64,000 nucleotides of DNA from an uncultured delta proteobacterium (GTDB lineage Bacteria; Myxococcota_A; Polyangia; Polyangiales; Polyangiaceae): the NCBI GenBank assembly GCA_963716725.1, contig CAVQUB010000001.1:160001-224000 (forward strand). The letters are read 5' to 3'. The notes beneath the pieces were generated by a model. It was given only the letters and a program-made list of their open reading frames with translations. It did not search any database and was not told where the DNA came from. The first letter of the stretch is position 1; every line of letters starts with the position of its first letter. A program made the position numbers and the translations under genes. Below, in pieces: positions 32,248 to 40,896 of the stretch.

Positions 32248-33807
32248 TCACCAGGGCGCGGGCTTGTAGTCCTTGAGGAACTGACCCCACATGTGCTCGC
32301 CGGTGTTGATGCCGTCCAAGATGGGATCGACGATGCGCGCGGCGCCGTCCACGATGTCGAGGGGCGGGTGGAAGCCCTGCTCGACGGTCTTGCGCTGGGC
32401 GATGTGCGCGGGGTCTTCGTCGGTCACCCAGCCCGTGTCGACGCTGTTCATGTGGATGCCGTCCTTGACGTAATCGTCGGCGGAAGTGCGCGTCATCATG
32501 TTCAGGGCGGCCTTGGCCATGTTGGTGTGGGGGTGTTTGTCGGTCTTGAAGCGCCGATAGAACTGGCCCTCCATGGCCGACACGTTGACGATGTGTTTGT
32601 CGTCGGACGCTTGGCGCAGCATCAGCGGCTTGAGCCGGGCGTTCAGCACGAAGGGCGCGATGGCGTTGACGAGCTGCACTTCGAGGAGCTCGACAGTGCT
32701 GACCTCGTGCAGCGCGAGGCGCCAACTGTTGACCTCGCGCAGGTCGACCTGCTGCAGATCCGCGTCGAGCTTGCCGCTGGGAAAGAGCTGGATGCCCGCG
32801 TCCAGATCCTCGTCCACCAGGGGGATCTGAGACAGATTTGAGGATTGGTGCAGCCCGACTCGCGCGCCGGCGTCTGCCGAGGTCTGGTGGACACTGGTCA
32901 TCGATTCGGCGCCCGAAAGCGCGCTGTGCCGTTCGAGCAGGCGCTGCGCTGGTGGCGGCAACGCGGCCAGGGGCTCGCGCTCGGCCTGCATCAAGTGAGC
33001 GTAGAAGCCCGGCGGCCGGCGCACGGTCTGGCAGGCGTTGTGCAAGACGAAGTCCAGGCGAGACTCCGTGTCGTTCAAGTGGCGTGCGAAGACCTCGACG
33101 CTGGGCGTGTGCCTCAAGTCGAGGCCGTAGATTTGCAGCCGGTCGCTCCACTTGGGCGCGTCCGCTTCTTGGGCGAAGCGCAGGGAAGCGTCGTGGGGAA
33201 AGCGCGTAGTGACGATGACCCGTGCCCCTGCGCGCAAGAGCAAGATGGCCGCCTGATATCCGATCTTCACGCGGGCGCCGGTGATCAGCGCGACGCGGCC
33301 GCCGAGTTCGGCGATCTGCGATCGCTTCATGTGATTGAAGTCACCGCAGGTCTGGCACATCTGGTCGTAGAAGAAGTGCACCTTCGCGAAGAGCTGCTTG
33401 CAGACGTAGCAGACTCTGGGCTTCTTCAGCTCCGAGCCCGCGAGCGCCAGGTCCATCTCGGGCGCTTCGTCGGCAGCTTCGGCCGCCAGCGCGTCGCGCT
33501 TTGGCGTGATGAACACCGGTTGCTCGCGCTTCTTGCGGATCGAAGCCCGCTCTAGCACGGCCTCGTCGGCCTGGCGCAGCGCCTTCTTGTTGTGTTTGCG
33601 CAGGGCGCGGGCGAGCAGCTTCTGCTCGAGGCGATGCGGCCGCGATACGCGACCGGCGGCGGCCAGCAGGCGGTTCCGATCGTCGAGGGGCAGCTTCGCG
33701 AGGTGCGCGCGCGTGTCGATCAGCTCCTCGAGCACGCGGATGCACTGCTCGAGATCCGCGGCGGTCAGGTCGAGCTTGGGGCCGGGCTTTTCGGGGGGCG
33801 AGTTCAC
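32248..33807 (-). CDS. Extended SDR-family oxidoreductase with N-terminal Cys motif
   Basis: CYVCK...MCQTC, ALITGARVKIG, HNACQT, IVNVSAMEG, HTNMAKAALNM, SVDTGW. Confidence 0.9.
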   Translation of the reverse strand: MNSPPEKPGPKLDLTAADLEQCIRVLEELIDTRAHLAKLPLDDRNRLLAAAGRVSRPHRLEQKLLARALRKHNKKALRQADEAVLERASIRKKREQPVFITPKRDALAAEAADEAPEMDLALAGSELKKPRVCYVCKQLFAKVHFFYDQMCQTCGDFNHMKRSQIAELGGRVALITGARVKIGYQAAILLLRAGARVIVTTRFPHDASLRFAQEADAPKWSDRLQIYGLDLRHTPSVEVFARHLNDTESRLDFVLHNACQTVRRPPGFYAHLMQAEREPLAALPPPAQRLLERHSALSGAESMTSVHQTSADAGARVGLHQSSNLSQIPLVDEDLDAGIQLFPSGKLDADLQQVDLREVNSWRLALHEVSTVELLEVQLVNAIAPFVLNARLKPLMLRQASDDKHIVNVSAMEGQFYRRFKTDKHPHTNMAKAALNMMTRTSADDYVKDGIHMNSVDTGWVTDEDPAHIAQRKTVEQGFHPPLDIVDGAARIVDPILDGINTGEHMWGQFLKDYKPAPW

Positions 33808-33874
33808 GTGGGTGCGGCGTCTAGCGCTGATCGTGCATCGACGCCAGGGGTCGAGTTGAGCTAGCGTCTTCTCG

Positions 33875-34474
33875 ATGAGCCGACTTGCGCTGGTGACTGC
33901 GGCGCTCGTGCTGCTGGGGTGCTCGACTGACGAGGGGAGCGGCGGCAGCGGGGGTGCCTCGGGCAGCGGCGGCGCGTCGGGCAGCGGCGGCGCGTCGGGC
34001 GGCGGTGGCGCGGCAGGCAGCGGCGGCGCGGCAGGTAGCGGCGGTGCATCCGGGAGCGGCGGCGTATCCGGGAGCGGCGGCACCTCGACCGGTGGCGCCG
34101 GGGGGACCGGGGGCTCGTCCGCTTGGATCGATCCGCTCGCGGGCGTGGGCAGTGTCGAGAAGGTCGCCGGCGGCTTCACCTTCACGGAGGGGCCGGTTTG
34201 GTTTGCGAAGACCGGAAAGCTCTACTTCAGCGACATCCCGAACACGCGCATCCACGAGCTCTCGCCGCCGAGCAGCGTGAGCGTGTATCGAGAACCGAGC
34301 GGTCAGGCCAACGGGCTCGGCATCGACCAGAATGGCTTGCTCGTTGCGTGTGAACACCAAGGCCGCCGGGTCAGCCGCACCCAGAGCGGCGGCACGGTGG
34401 TCTCGGTCGCCAGCACGTATCAAGGCAAGAAGCTCAACTCCCCGAACGACGTGATCGTGAAGAAGGACGGCAAT
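33875..34474 (+). pseudogene. SMP-30/gluconolactonase lipoprotein, 5' half (interrupted)
   Basis: LLGC lipobox; FTEGPVW, LYFSDIP, ANGL, KLNSPNDVIV..DGN, then the element begins. Confidence 0.9.
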
Positions 34475-34499
34475 TAACCGGCCAATCGTGCCGCGCTCC

Positions 34500-35882
34500 T
34501 CAGCGCGGAGATTTGCGAAGCAGTCTGCGGAGATCGGCTTGCAGTCGGCGGACACGTCGGACGAGCATGCGTGCGGAGTCGCGATCGAGCCCATCGTCTT
34601 GGGTGCGCTTCTGCACGTATCTAGCGAGGTCGGCCAGCAACTTGAGGGGCTCCGGAGCGGGGGGTGAGGCGGTAGCAGCCGTGGGAGTGATCATGGGGTA
34701 GCGCTCGGCAATTCGCTCGAGTGCCGCGGCGAATTCGGCGAACACGGTGGTGCCGGTGATCTCCGCGTATCGCAGGGTCATGCGGTAGTCGGTGTGGCCG
34801 AGCAATCGCATGACCGAGGGAAGGCTCATTCCTGCGGCCAGGAGCGATGTCGCGTAGGTGTGACGGAGGCGATGCGTCGTCATCGGTTCGGCGAACTGAA
34901 TGCCACGGCAGGCCTCGCGAAGTGCTTCTCTATAGGACCCGTAAAGGGTCTTGCGACCGGCGGCAGTTGCGAGCAGCAGGGTGCGCTTACGCGGGCCTGT
35001 CCGCCGCAATCTGGAAACGAGCGTGACGGTGCGCGGATCGAGCGGGACCAGCCGCTCGGTGGCGAGCTTGCCGAGCGGGACCTTGAGCAGGGTGTTGCCG
35101 CTGTGGTCGGTGCGGATGCAGTGGTACGGTAATGCGATGAGCTCGCCGATGCGAAGTCCGGTGCGTCGCATCAGGAGCAAACCGAGCTGATACATGCACC
35201 CGGACTTCTTGAACCGGCGCTGAAGGAGGAGGTCGGTGTCAGGAGGAACCGGGCGAGGCAGGTACTTGGGGAGCTTCGGCAGGTCGCTGCCACGGATCAA
35301 TGTGTCGGCGGGCACAGAGAGCACGCGCTGCTCTTCGAGCGACTCGAGGTACGCGCGGATGTTCTGGATGGCGTGAACTCGGGTGCAGGCAGCGAGGTGG
35401 CGAGCGTGGAGCCAGGCGAGCCAGGACTCGATGTGTGAACGCTCCAGGCCGACGAGAGACACATGGTTGGCGTTGAGCCAGATGTGAAACTGTCGGAGAT
35501 GGGTTTGATAGGCGCGTACGGTCTGCAGCGAGTGCGTGGGTTTGAGCAATTCGAGGAAGCGGCTGGCATGTGGTGGCAGCGGGAAATTCGAACGCGGCCA
35601 AGCGCAACGCGGGTCGAAGCCGAGGAGACCACGTGCATGAAGCCACTCGAAATACATCAGGGCGAGGCGGCGTTGGCGGGCGCGCACATGCTCGGGCACC
35701 GGCGCCTTGGATGGCTGCTGAAGGAAGCGATCGATTTCCGAGCTCTCGAGCTGCAGGATCGGCCGGCAGCTGGCCTTCAACCAAAGGTGAAATTGGCTCA
35801 GAACGCCGCGCGCTCTCGGCTCGCGCTGCAAGAATTCGAGCGCGAAAGGGGGCAGATGGGCGAGGGGGTCGCGGCGCGCCAT
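34500..35882 (-). CDS. Tyrosine recombinase (460 aa, extended N-terminus)
   Basis: TGLRIGE, GK, HRLRHTYAT, LLGH...TLRY. Confidence 0.95.
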   Translation of the reverse strand: MARRDPLAHLPPFALEFLQREPRARGVLSQFHLWLKASCRPILQLESSEIDRFLQQPSKAPVPEHVRARQRRLALMYFEWLHARGLLGFDPRCAWPRSNFPLPPHASRFLELLKPTHSLQTVRAYQTHLRQFHIWLNANHVSLVGLERSHIESWLAWLHARHLAACTRVHAIQNIRAYLESLEEQRVLSVPADTLIRGSDLPKLPKYLPRPVPPDTDLLLQRRFKKSGCMYQLGLLLMRRTGLRIGELIALPYHCIRTDHSGNTLLKVPLGKLATERLVPLDPRTVTLVSRLRRTGPRKRTLLLATAAGRKTLYGSYREALREACRGIQFAEPMTTHRLRHTYATSLLAAGMSLPSVMRLLGHTDYRMTLRYAEITGTTVFAEFAAALERIAERYPMITPTAATASPPAPEPLKLLADLARYVQKRTQDDGLDRDSARMLVRRVRRLQADLRRLLRKSPR

Positions 35883-35891
35883 GATGCAATC

Positions 35892-36941
35892 TCATTGCCG
35901 ATAGCGGGCGGCGATTTTCTTGAGCGCGCGCCGGAACTCGTCGGCCACGTCGGCCATGGACAACCGTACGTACTGCAGTGTTGTCTTCAGATCGGCATGG
36001 CCCATCATCTGTTGCAGAACGGGCAAGCGCACACCAGCGCGCGCCATGTCGGCCCCGAACGTGTGTCGAAACCGGTGGGGGTTGGCGATCGCGAGCACGC
36101 GCCGGCGACGACGATGCCGGAACAAGCTCCTCAGTCCAGCCGGCGTCATGGGCTGGCCGCGGCGCTTACCCTGTAAGACGACGAACAGACTCGGCTTGCT
36201 ACACTGCCTGGGCCTCTCGAGCTCGAGGTACCGCCGCAACGTGCGTGAGAGCACGAGCGGCAAGGGCAGTGCGCGGTCGCGCTGCCCTTTGCCGCAGACG
36301 CGAACACGGCCGTCGCTGAAAACGACGTCGGCAAGCTCGAGCCCGAGAACTTCAGCCGAGCGAAGGCCGCACAGGAGCATGAAATGGGTGATGGCGAGAT
36401 CCCTGTAGCGGGTGAGACTGCGAAGGAACGCTCGCACCTGCTCGGGCGTGAGCGGCTCGACGAGCTTGCGCGGCTCTTGGACACGGAGCTTGAGCACGCC
36501 GCGTCGTCGGAGCCGGTGAATGCCGAGGTAGTGATCACGACCGGGCCCCTTGTAGTGCGCAGCGGGCAAGCTCACGCGAGAGCCGACGCCGAGCTCTCGA
36601 TTCATCCAGAAGCGATACAGAAGGCGGGCTGTGGTCAACCGGCGATTGATTGAGCGTGGCTCTGCGCCGGCCTTGCGTTGCGCTGCGATGAACCCCAACA
36701 AGTCGCGTGCCTCGAGCTGCCGAAGCGAGCGCCCCTCAGCACGCATCCATCGATAGAGCAGCAGCAGATCATATGCGTACGCCCGGACCGTACGCCGGGA
36801 TAATCCGCGGACCCCGAGTGCCGAGAGAAACTCATGAACCTCGGCGACCACGCCATTGGCATCCACGAGCGAATGGCCAATCTCCGAGTGCGCGACCACG
36901 CGCAAGGCGGTACCGAGGTCGCATTGCAGGCTGCTGCTCAT
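35892..36941 (-). CDS. Tyrosine recombinase (349 aa, Tn554 TnpA-like N-terminus)
   Basis: TVRAYAYDL, CGLRSAE, GKG, HRFRHTFG, MGH...TLQY. Confidence 0.95.
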   Translation of the reverse strand: MSSSLQCDLGTALRVVAHSEIGHSLVDANGVVAEVHEFLSALGVRGLSRRTVRAYAYDLLLLYRWMRAEGRSLRQLEARDLLGFIAAQRKAGAEPRSINRRLTTARLLYRFWMNRELGVGSRVSLPAAHYKGPGRDHYLGIHRLRRRGVLKLRVQEPRKLVEPLTPEQVRAFLRSLTRYRDLAITHFMLLCGLRSAEVLGLELADVVFSDGRVRVCGKGQRDRALPLPLVLSRTLRRYLELERPRQCSKPSLFVVLQGKRRGQPMTPAGLRSLFRHRRRRRVLAIANPHRFRHTFGADMARAGVRLPVLQQMMGHADLKTTLQYVRLSMADVADEFRRALKKIAARYRQ

Positions 36942-37237
36942 GGCACTGCACGTCGCTGGTGCGCTCGGATGCCGTGGTGCACGGTGGCGTGATCGCGACG
37001 GAACAGCGATGCAATCTCCAGGAGGCTGTAATGGCGATCGGACTGATTACGAATCAGCCACCAGAGCTCCTGGCGTGCACGTGACACGCTCGAGGTCCGA
37101 GCTCGGCCGCAGAGCTCTTCCCGAACCACGCCACGACGACGGCAGACGTCCTCGAGCAAGGGCGTGAGATTGCGCACCTCGAGCGCTGCGAGGACGGCCG
37201 TGGCGCTGCTCGCGCCGTCGGGGCTGGGCGCGGTCAT
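36938..37237 (-). CDS. Stand-alone DnaA C-terminal (domain IV)-like HTH protein
   Basis: R..SVSRARQELWWLIR...SLLEIASLFRRDHATVHHG matches the DnaA RDHTTV.HA pattern; ATGA overlaps at both ends. Confidence 0.8.
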   Translation of the reverse strand: MTAPSPDGASSATAVLAALEVRNLTPLLEDVCRRRGVVREELCGRARTSSVSRARQELWWLIRNQSDRHYSLLEIASLFRRDHATVHHGIRAHQRRAVP

Positions 37238-37608
37238 CGAGGCACTCCGAAGAGCAGCATCTGCCTCAAATCGCAGAATTCACCGACGCCCACGAGGTCG
37301 CGATGACGGCGACGAACGCGAGCGGGCGGTGGTACCCAGTCCACGGTGTACAGCGGCGCCCCGTTGTCGATTGGGATCCCATCGTAGGCTGACAAGTCCG
37401 CTTCGACGCCCCGCTCTTCCGCAGCGAGCGCAACGCGGACCGGTTGCCCCTGCCACAGCGCCAGCGCCTCGAGCAGAAGCGGCAACGCCCGAGGGTGCGT
37501 CGGCGGGCGCAGCAACCGGGCCTTTAGAATCGTCTCGCTCGGGCCGGCCATTGCGAGCACGCGCATCTCCTGGGGCCCAGGTGCAACGCCCATCCAAATC
37601 GAGCTCAT
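37234..37608 (-). CDS. Element accessory hypothetical protein
   Basis: RBS GGGAG; ETILKARL..HPRALPLLLEALALWQG; stop overlaps the next start. Confidence 0.75.
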   Translation of the reverse strand: MSSIWMGVAPGPQEMRVLAMAGPSETILKARLLRPPTHPRALPLLLEALALWQGQPVRVALAAEERGVEADLSAYDGIPIDNGAPLYTVDWVPPPARVRRRHRDLVGVGEFCDLRQMLLFGVPR

Positions 37609-37924
37609 GGGTCGACTCCCGCTCCGAGCTCGATGCCGCCCCAACGACGGCCTCGGCTACGAACGGGACGACCATCTCACGATGGCCAAGTTTTTCGGCT
37701 GTGCTGTGCGTTACATTTTTCTGCTGCTCACGCCAGCGAGCCACTCGCGCCGCCGTCGTCGTGTGCCCCAGCTTGCTGCGGCGGTACCGGCGCACGGACG
37801 CTTCGCGCGACAAGCGTCGGCACTCCGGGTCGCAGAACAGCCTGCCGTAGTTGCACGCCGGGCAAACGTCGAGCACGTTGTGGCATCCAACGCGAGAACA
37901 CTTCGCCTGCTGAAAAACGACCAC
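37280..37924 (-). CDS. Zn-finger-like accessory protein (3' part overlaps the next gene out of frame)
   Basis: CSRVGC...VCPAC.YG..FC..EC followed by basic RRYRRS..G...AARVARWR. Confidence 0.6.
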   Translation of the reverse strand: MVVFQQAKCSRVGCHNVLDVCPACNYGRLFCDPECRRLSREASVRRYRRSKLGHTTTAARVARWREQQKNVTHSTAEKLGHREMVVPFVAEAVVGAASSSERESTHELDLDGRCTWAPGDARARNGRPERDDSKGPVAAPADAPSGVAASARGAGAVAGATGPRCARCGRAGRRSGLVSLRWDPNRQRGAAVHRGLGTTARSRSSPSSRPRGRR

Positions 37925-38152
37925 CGCTGCGAATGCAGAAAGCTGGCCGCAGCACGGGGTGGCATGCGAGGGTAGCGCCGTCGACCGCGACCACCGCGAC
38001 GACCTGAGGGCTCGGAAGTGACCATCCGGGCCCTCTCACTTTCTTCCGCCGTGATCATGGCTGATTCGACACGGCACGGGCCAACTCGGGGCAGAGGGAA
38101 CAGAACGAATCGCCCATATCGGCGACCCGAGATTGGCCGGTTAGATCTCAAT

Positions 38153-38620
38153 CTCTATTTCACCGATCCGCCCTACGGAGGGAACCCGAACGAGCTGGGG
38201 TTCCAGGGCGTATTCCGCGTCGATCCGAGCGGCGCGCTCTCGCTGGTCGCGAGCGACATGTTTCGCCCCAACGGCATCGCGCTCGCGAGCGACGAGAAGA
38301 CGCTCTACGTGACGGACTCGGAGCAGAACTTCATTCGGACCTACGTCGTTGCCAGCGATGGTGCCACGTCGAGCCCGAAGAAGTTCCTCGACACTGCGGC
38401 GACCCCGGACGGCATGGCGGTGAACTTGCAAGGCGATCTGTTCATCAGCACCCAAGCGGGCGTCGAGGCGTACAAGGCCGACGGCACCAAGCTCGGCACC
38501 ATCCCCGTGCCCGAGCAGCCGTCCAATTGCACCTTCGGCGGCACGGACGGCAAGACGCTGTACATCACGGCGCGCAAATCGCTCTACCGGGTCGCGCTCG
38601 GCGTGGCGGGGTTGCCTTGA
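38153..38620 (+). pseudogene. SMP-30/gluconolactonase, 3' half
   Basis: LYFTDPPYG, PNGIAL..DEKTLYV, PDGMAV, PSNCTFGG.DGKTLYITA. Confidence 0.92.
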
Positions 38621-38628
38621 GGGTCCAC

Positions 38629-39195
38629 TCAAATGCACGCCCCGGGCTTGTCCTCGCTCTCGCACATCGCAAGGCACGGACACACGCTCGCCCCGGCGCA
38701 TGACTTTCCTTTAGGGCACTCCGCGTCGCTCCAGCACGCATCGAGCACCGGGACCTTGCATACGCCGTTCACGCATGGCGTGTACGACTCGTCTCCGCAG
38801 TCGAAGTCCTGCTGGCAGCAGCCGTCCGTCGGCGCCATGCACCAACCGAGCTTGTCCTCTTGGTGGCAGTCGAGGCCGCAGGCGCACACGCTCGCGCCGG
38901 TGCAGAGCCCGAATTGGCAATCGGAGTCGATCCAGCAGCGGTCGGTGGGCGGCATCGCGAGGCAGACTCCCGAGACACAATTTATCGGCTGGGGCGGGCC
39001 GTCGTCGGGGCCGCCGGGCTCGTAACAATCGTACTTCGTCGAGCAGCAAAGCGTGTTGCCCCCGGCACCGGAGCTGCCGCCGGATCCCGAGCTGCCGCCT
39101 GCGCCGCCTGCGCCGCCTGCGCCGTCCTTCGAGACTGAACCACCGCAGGCGGCGACCGAGAGCGCAGCGCCGAGCAAGAACCATCGCGTCATCAT
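38629..39195 (-). CDS. Cys-rich lipoprotein with duplicated domain
   Basis: VAAC lipobox; two copies of CC...C...CV.GVC...CW.D..C...C.GASVC.C...C..EDK.G.C. Confidence 0.8.
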   Translation of the reverse strand: MMTRWFLLGAALSVAACGGSVSKDGAGGAGGAGGSSGSGGSSGAGGNTLCCSTKYDCYEPGGPDDGPPQPINCVSGVCLAMPPTDRCWIDSDCQFGLCTGASVCACGLDCHQEDKLGWCMAPTDGCCQQDFDCGDESYTPCVNGVCKVPVLDACWSDAECPKGKSCAGASVCPCLAMCESEDKPGACI

Positions 39196-39538
39196 CGAGT
39201 GGGGTGAGTGCACCGGGCGTGCCACGCACGCGGGCGGGTTTGGGTGCGTGTTGGACCACTAGTGACACACGCTGGCACAGCAAACGGGCCGGAGTGTCAG
39301 GGGGCGGGCCGCGCGCTGAGATCTCGTCGTTCGCTCGAAGCAGGCGGCTCGGGCGAAGCGGCGCCACGAGGGAGGCGCATCAGCGTGTGTCCGAGGAGCG
39401 GCAGAGCTTCGGGACCGTTGGCGGCGACGTCACCGGCCGCCGCGCCTCCACCCGCTCCCGCCGAGGCCGCCCCTGCAATGAAGCCGTCGACGAAGAAGCC
39501 GGCCTACAGCCCTGAAGCGCCTTGATCGCGCCCCTCCC

Positions 39539-39865
39539 TCAGTCGCACCCGACCGCGATGGCGAGCGCGCGGCAGATGTCGCTCATCTTGTCCGGGCGGA
39601 CGGTGCCGACGAGCCGCGACAGATCTCGTTGTCGCACCGTTTGCACGTTGGCGAGATTGGCGCATGACGGCGCCTTCAGTCCGTCTTCGACACCGAGCTC
39701 GACTTCAGTGGGCGAGCCGTGCGTCGTGGTGGTGATTGGCACGACCGTGGCCGTCTGCAGAACATCGAGCAAGACCTGTCGACTCAGCACCAGGACCGGT
39801 CGCCGCTTGTCGGGCGGCCGGAACGCGTAGAGGCGGATCTCGCCGCGGCTCACTTCTCGGGCCAT
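39539..39865 (-). CDS. PemK/MazF-family toxin
   Basis: RGEI...PDKRRPVLVLSR, TVVPITT, GL..PS.AN. Confidence 0.92.
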   Translation of the reverse strand: MAREVSRGEIRLYAFRPPDKRRPVLVLSRQVLLDVLQTATVVPITTTTHGSPTEVELGVEDGLKAPSCANLANVQTVRQRDLSRLVGTVRPDKMSDICRALAIAVGCD

Positions 39866-40093
39866 GCTTGCCCCTCGAGCATGGCTTCGACATCTGCCAG
39901 GAGCTCGTCGTGCTTGCCCGCGAATGCGCTGCGGATGCTCTGGTCGATGTCACGCCGGCGCTTCGCGTCGAGGTACAGCAAGACCGCATCGCGGATGAAG
40001 GCCGAGCGGCCCTCCTTCTTGGTCTTGGGATCGCGGTCGATGCGCGCGAGCAACTCGCGGTCGACCGAGATTCTGAACGGGCTTGGCGCTCAT
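39850..40093 (-). CDS. CopG/RHH antitoxin; frameshift at ~40071
   Basis: MSAKPVQ joins ISVDRELLARID...RSAFIRDAV on removing one base; overlaps the toxin start. Confidence 0.8.
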
Positions 40094-40197
40094 GTTGGGA
40101 ATATCACACATGAACCATGTTGCGTCGAGCCACCATGCGAGGCCATGCGTGCGAAACCGAGCTTTACGCTGCTCATCCCCCCGACTACGAGCGGGCC

Positions 40198-40890
40198 ATG
40201 GCACGGGCTGTCGCATGCGCTCTCGCAGCGGCGTGTTGCGTGTTCTGCTTCAGCAGTCCCGCTGTAGCCCAGGACCGCACCGAGCAGCGCTATCAGTTCA
40301 TCTTGCGAGAGCTGGCGGCGGGGGAGGGCGCCTCGAGCCTTTGGTGGAACGGCTGGGTCGGCGGTTTCGCCGTGGCGACCGCAGGACAGACTGTGCTGGC
40401 GCTCACGCTCAACGATCGGGGGTGGCGCATCGACAACGCGGTGGGTGCCGCGAGCTCGGGGCTCGGCTTGATCGGGACCTTGCTCGAGCCGCGCACGCCC
40501 GTCACCGCCGCCGCCGACCTCAGAGTCATGGAGGCGAGCACTCCGAAGGAGCGAGCGCTGCGCTTGCAACGGGCCGAAGCGCTCCTGTTGCAGTCTGCGC
40601 AGGAAGAGATCGACGGCCGCTCCTGGTTTCCCCACGTCGCCGGCGCCGCGACGACCGTCGCCGCGTCGGCGGTGCTCTGGTACGGATACGATCGCTACGA
40701 GTCGGGCTGGATCAACATCATCGGCGGAGTGCTGGTGACCGAGCTCCAGATCGCGACGCGACCGACCGCCGCGATAGGTTCGTACCGGGCGTACTACGAT
40801 CGGTACGGGACACGCCGGCAGAGCCTCGCGCCGCGGCGCTGGTGGATCACGGCGCAAGGGCTCGGGCTCGGCGTGGCCGGCGAGCTCTGA
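40198..40890 (+). CDS. Hypothetical membrane protein with signal peptide
   Basis: Signal (PAVA-QD), hydrophobic segments, C-terminal LGLGVAGEL. Confidence 0.65.
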   Translation: MARAVACALAAACCVFCFSSPAVAQDRTEQRYQFILRELAAGEGASSLWWNGWVGGFAVATAGQTVLALTLNDRGWRIDNAVGAASSGLGLIGTLLEPRTPVTAAADLRVMEASTPKERALRLQRAEALLLQSAQEEIDGRSWFPHVAGAATTVAASAVLWYGYDRYESGWINIIGGVLVTELQIATRPTAAIGSYRAYYDRYGTRRQSLAPRRWWITAQGLGLGVAGEL

Positions 40891-40896
40891 GCGCCG

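Larger units (their letters stand above)
34475..38152 (-). mobile_element. Dual tyrosine-recombinase element inserted in the gluconolactonase gene
   Basis: 13-bp inverted ends TAACCGGCCAATC (34475-34487) / GATTGGCCGGTTA (38131-38143); CAAT at 34471-34474 and 38149-38152; removal restores DGN-LYFTDP. Confidence 0.92.

Noticed and set aside
32248..34185. Over-long ORF starts (also 50290, 55691, 18573, 43113, 53729)
   Set aside because: The extensions overlap neighbouring genes; downstream starts with an RBS or signal peptide fit better.
34500..36941. Chromosomal xerC/xerD or a canonical RIT element
   Set aside because: The genes lie inside an insertion with defined ends, and there are two recombinases rather than three.
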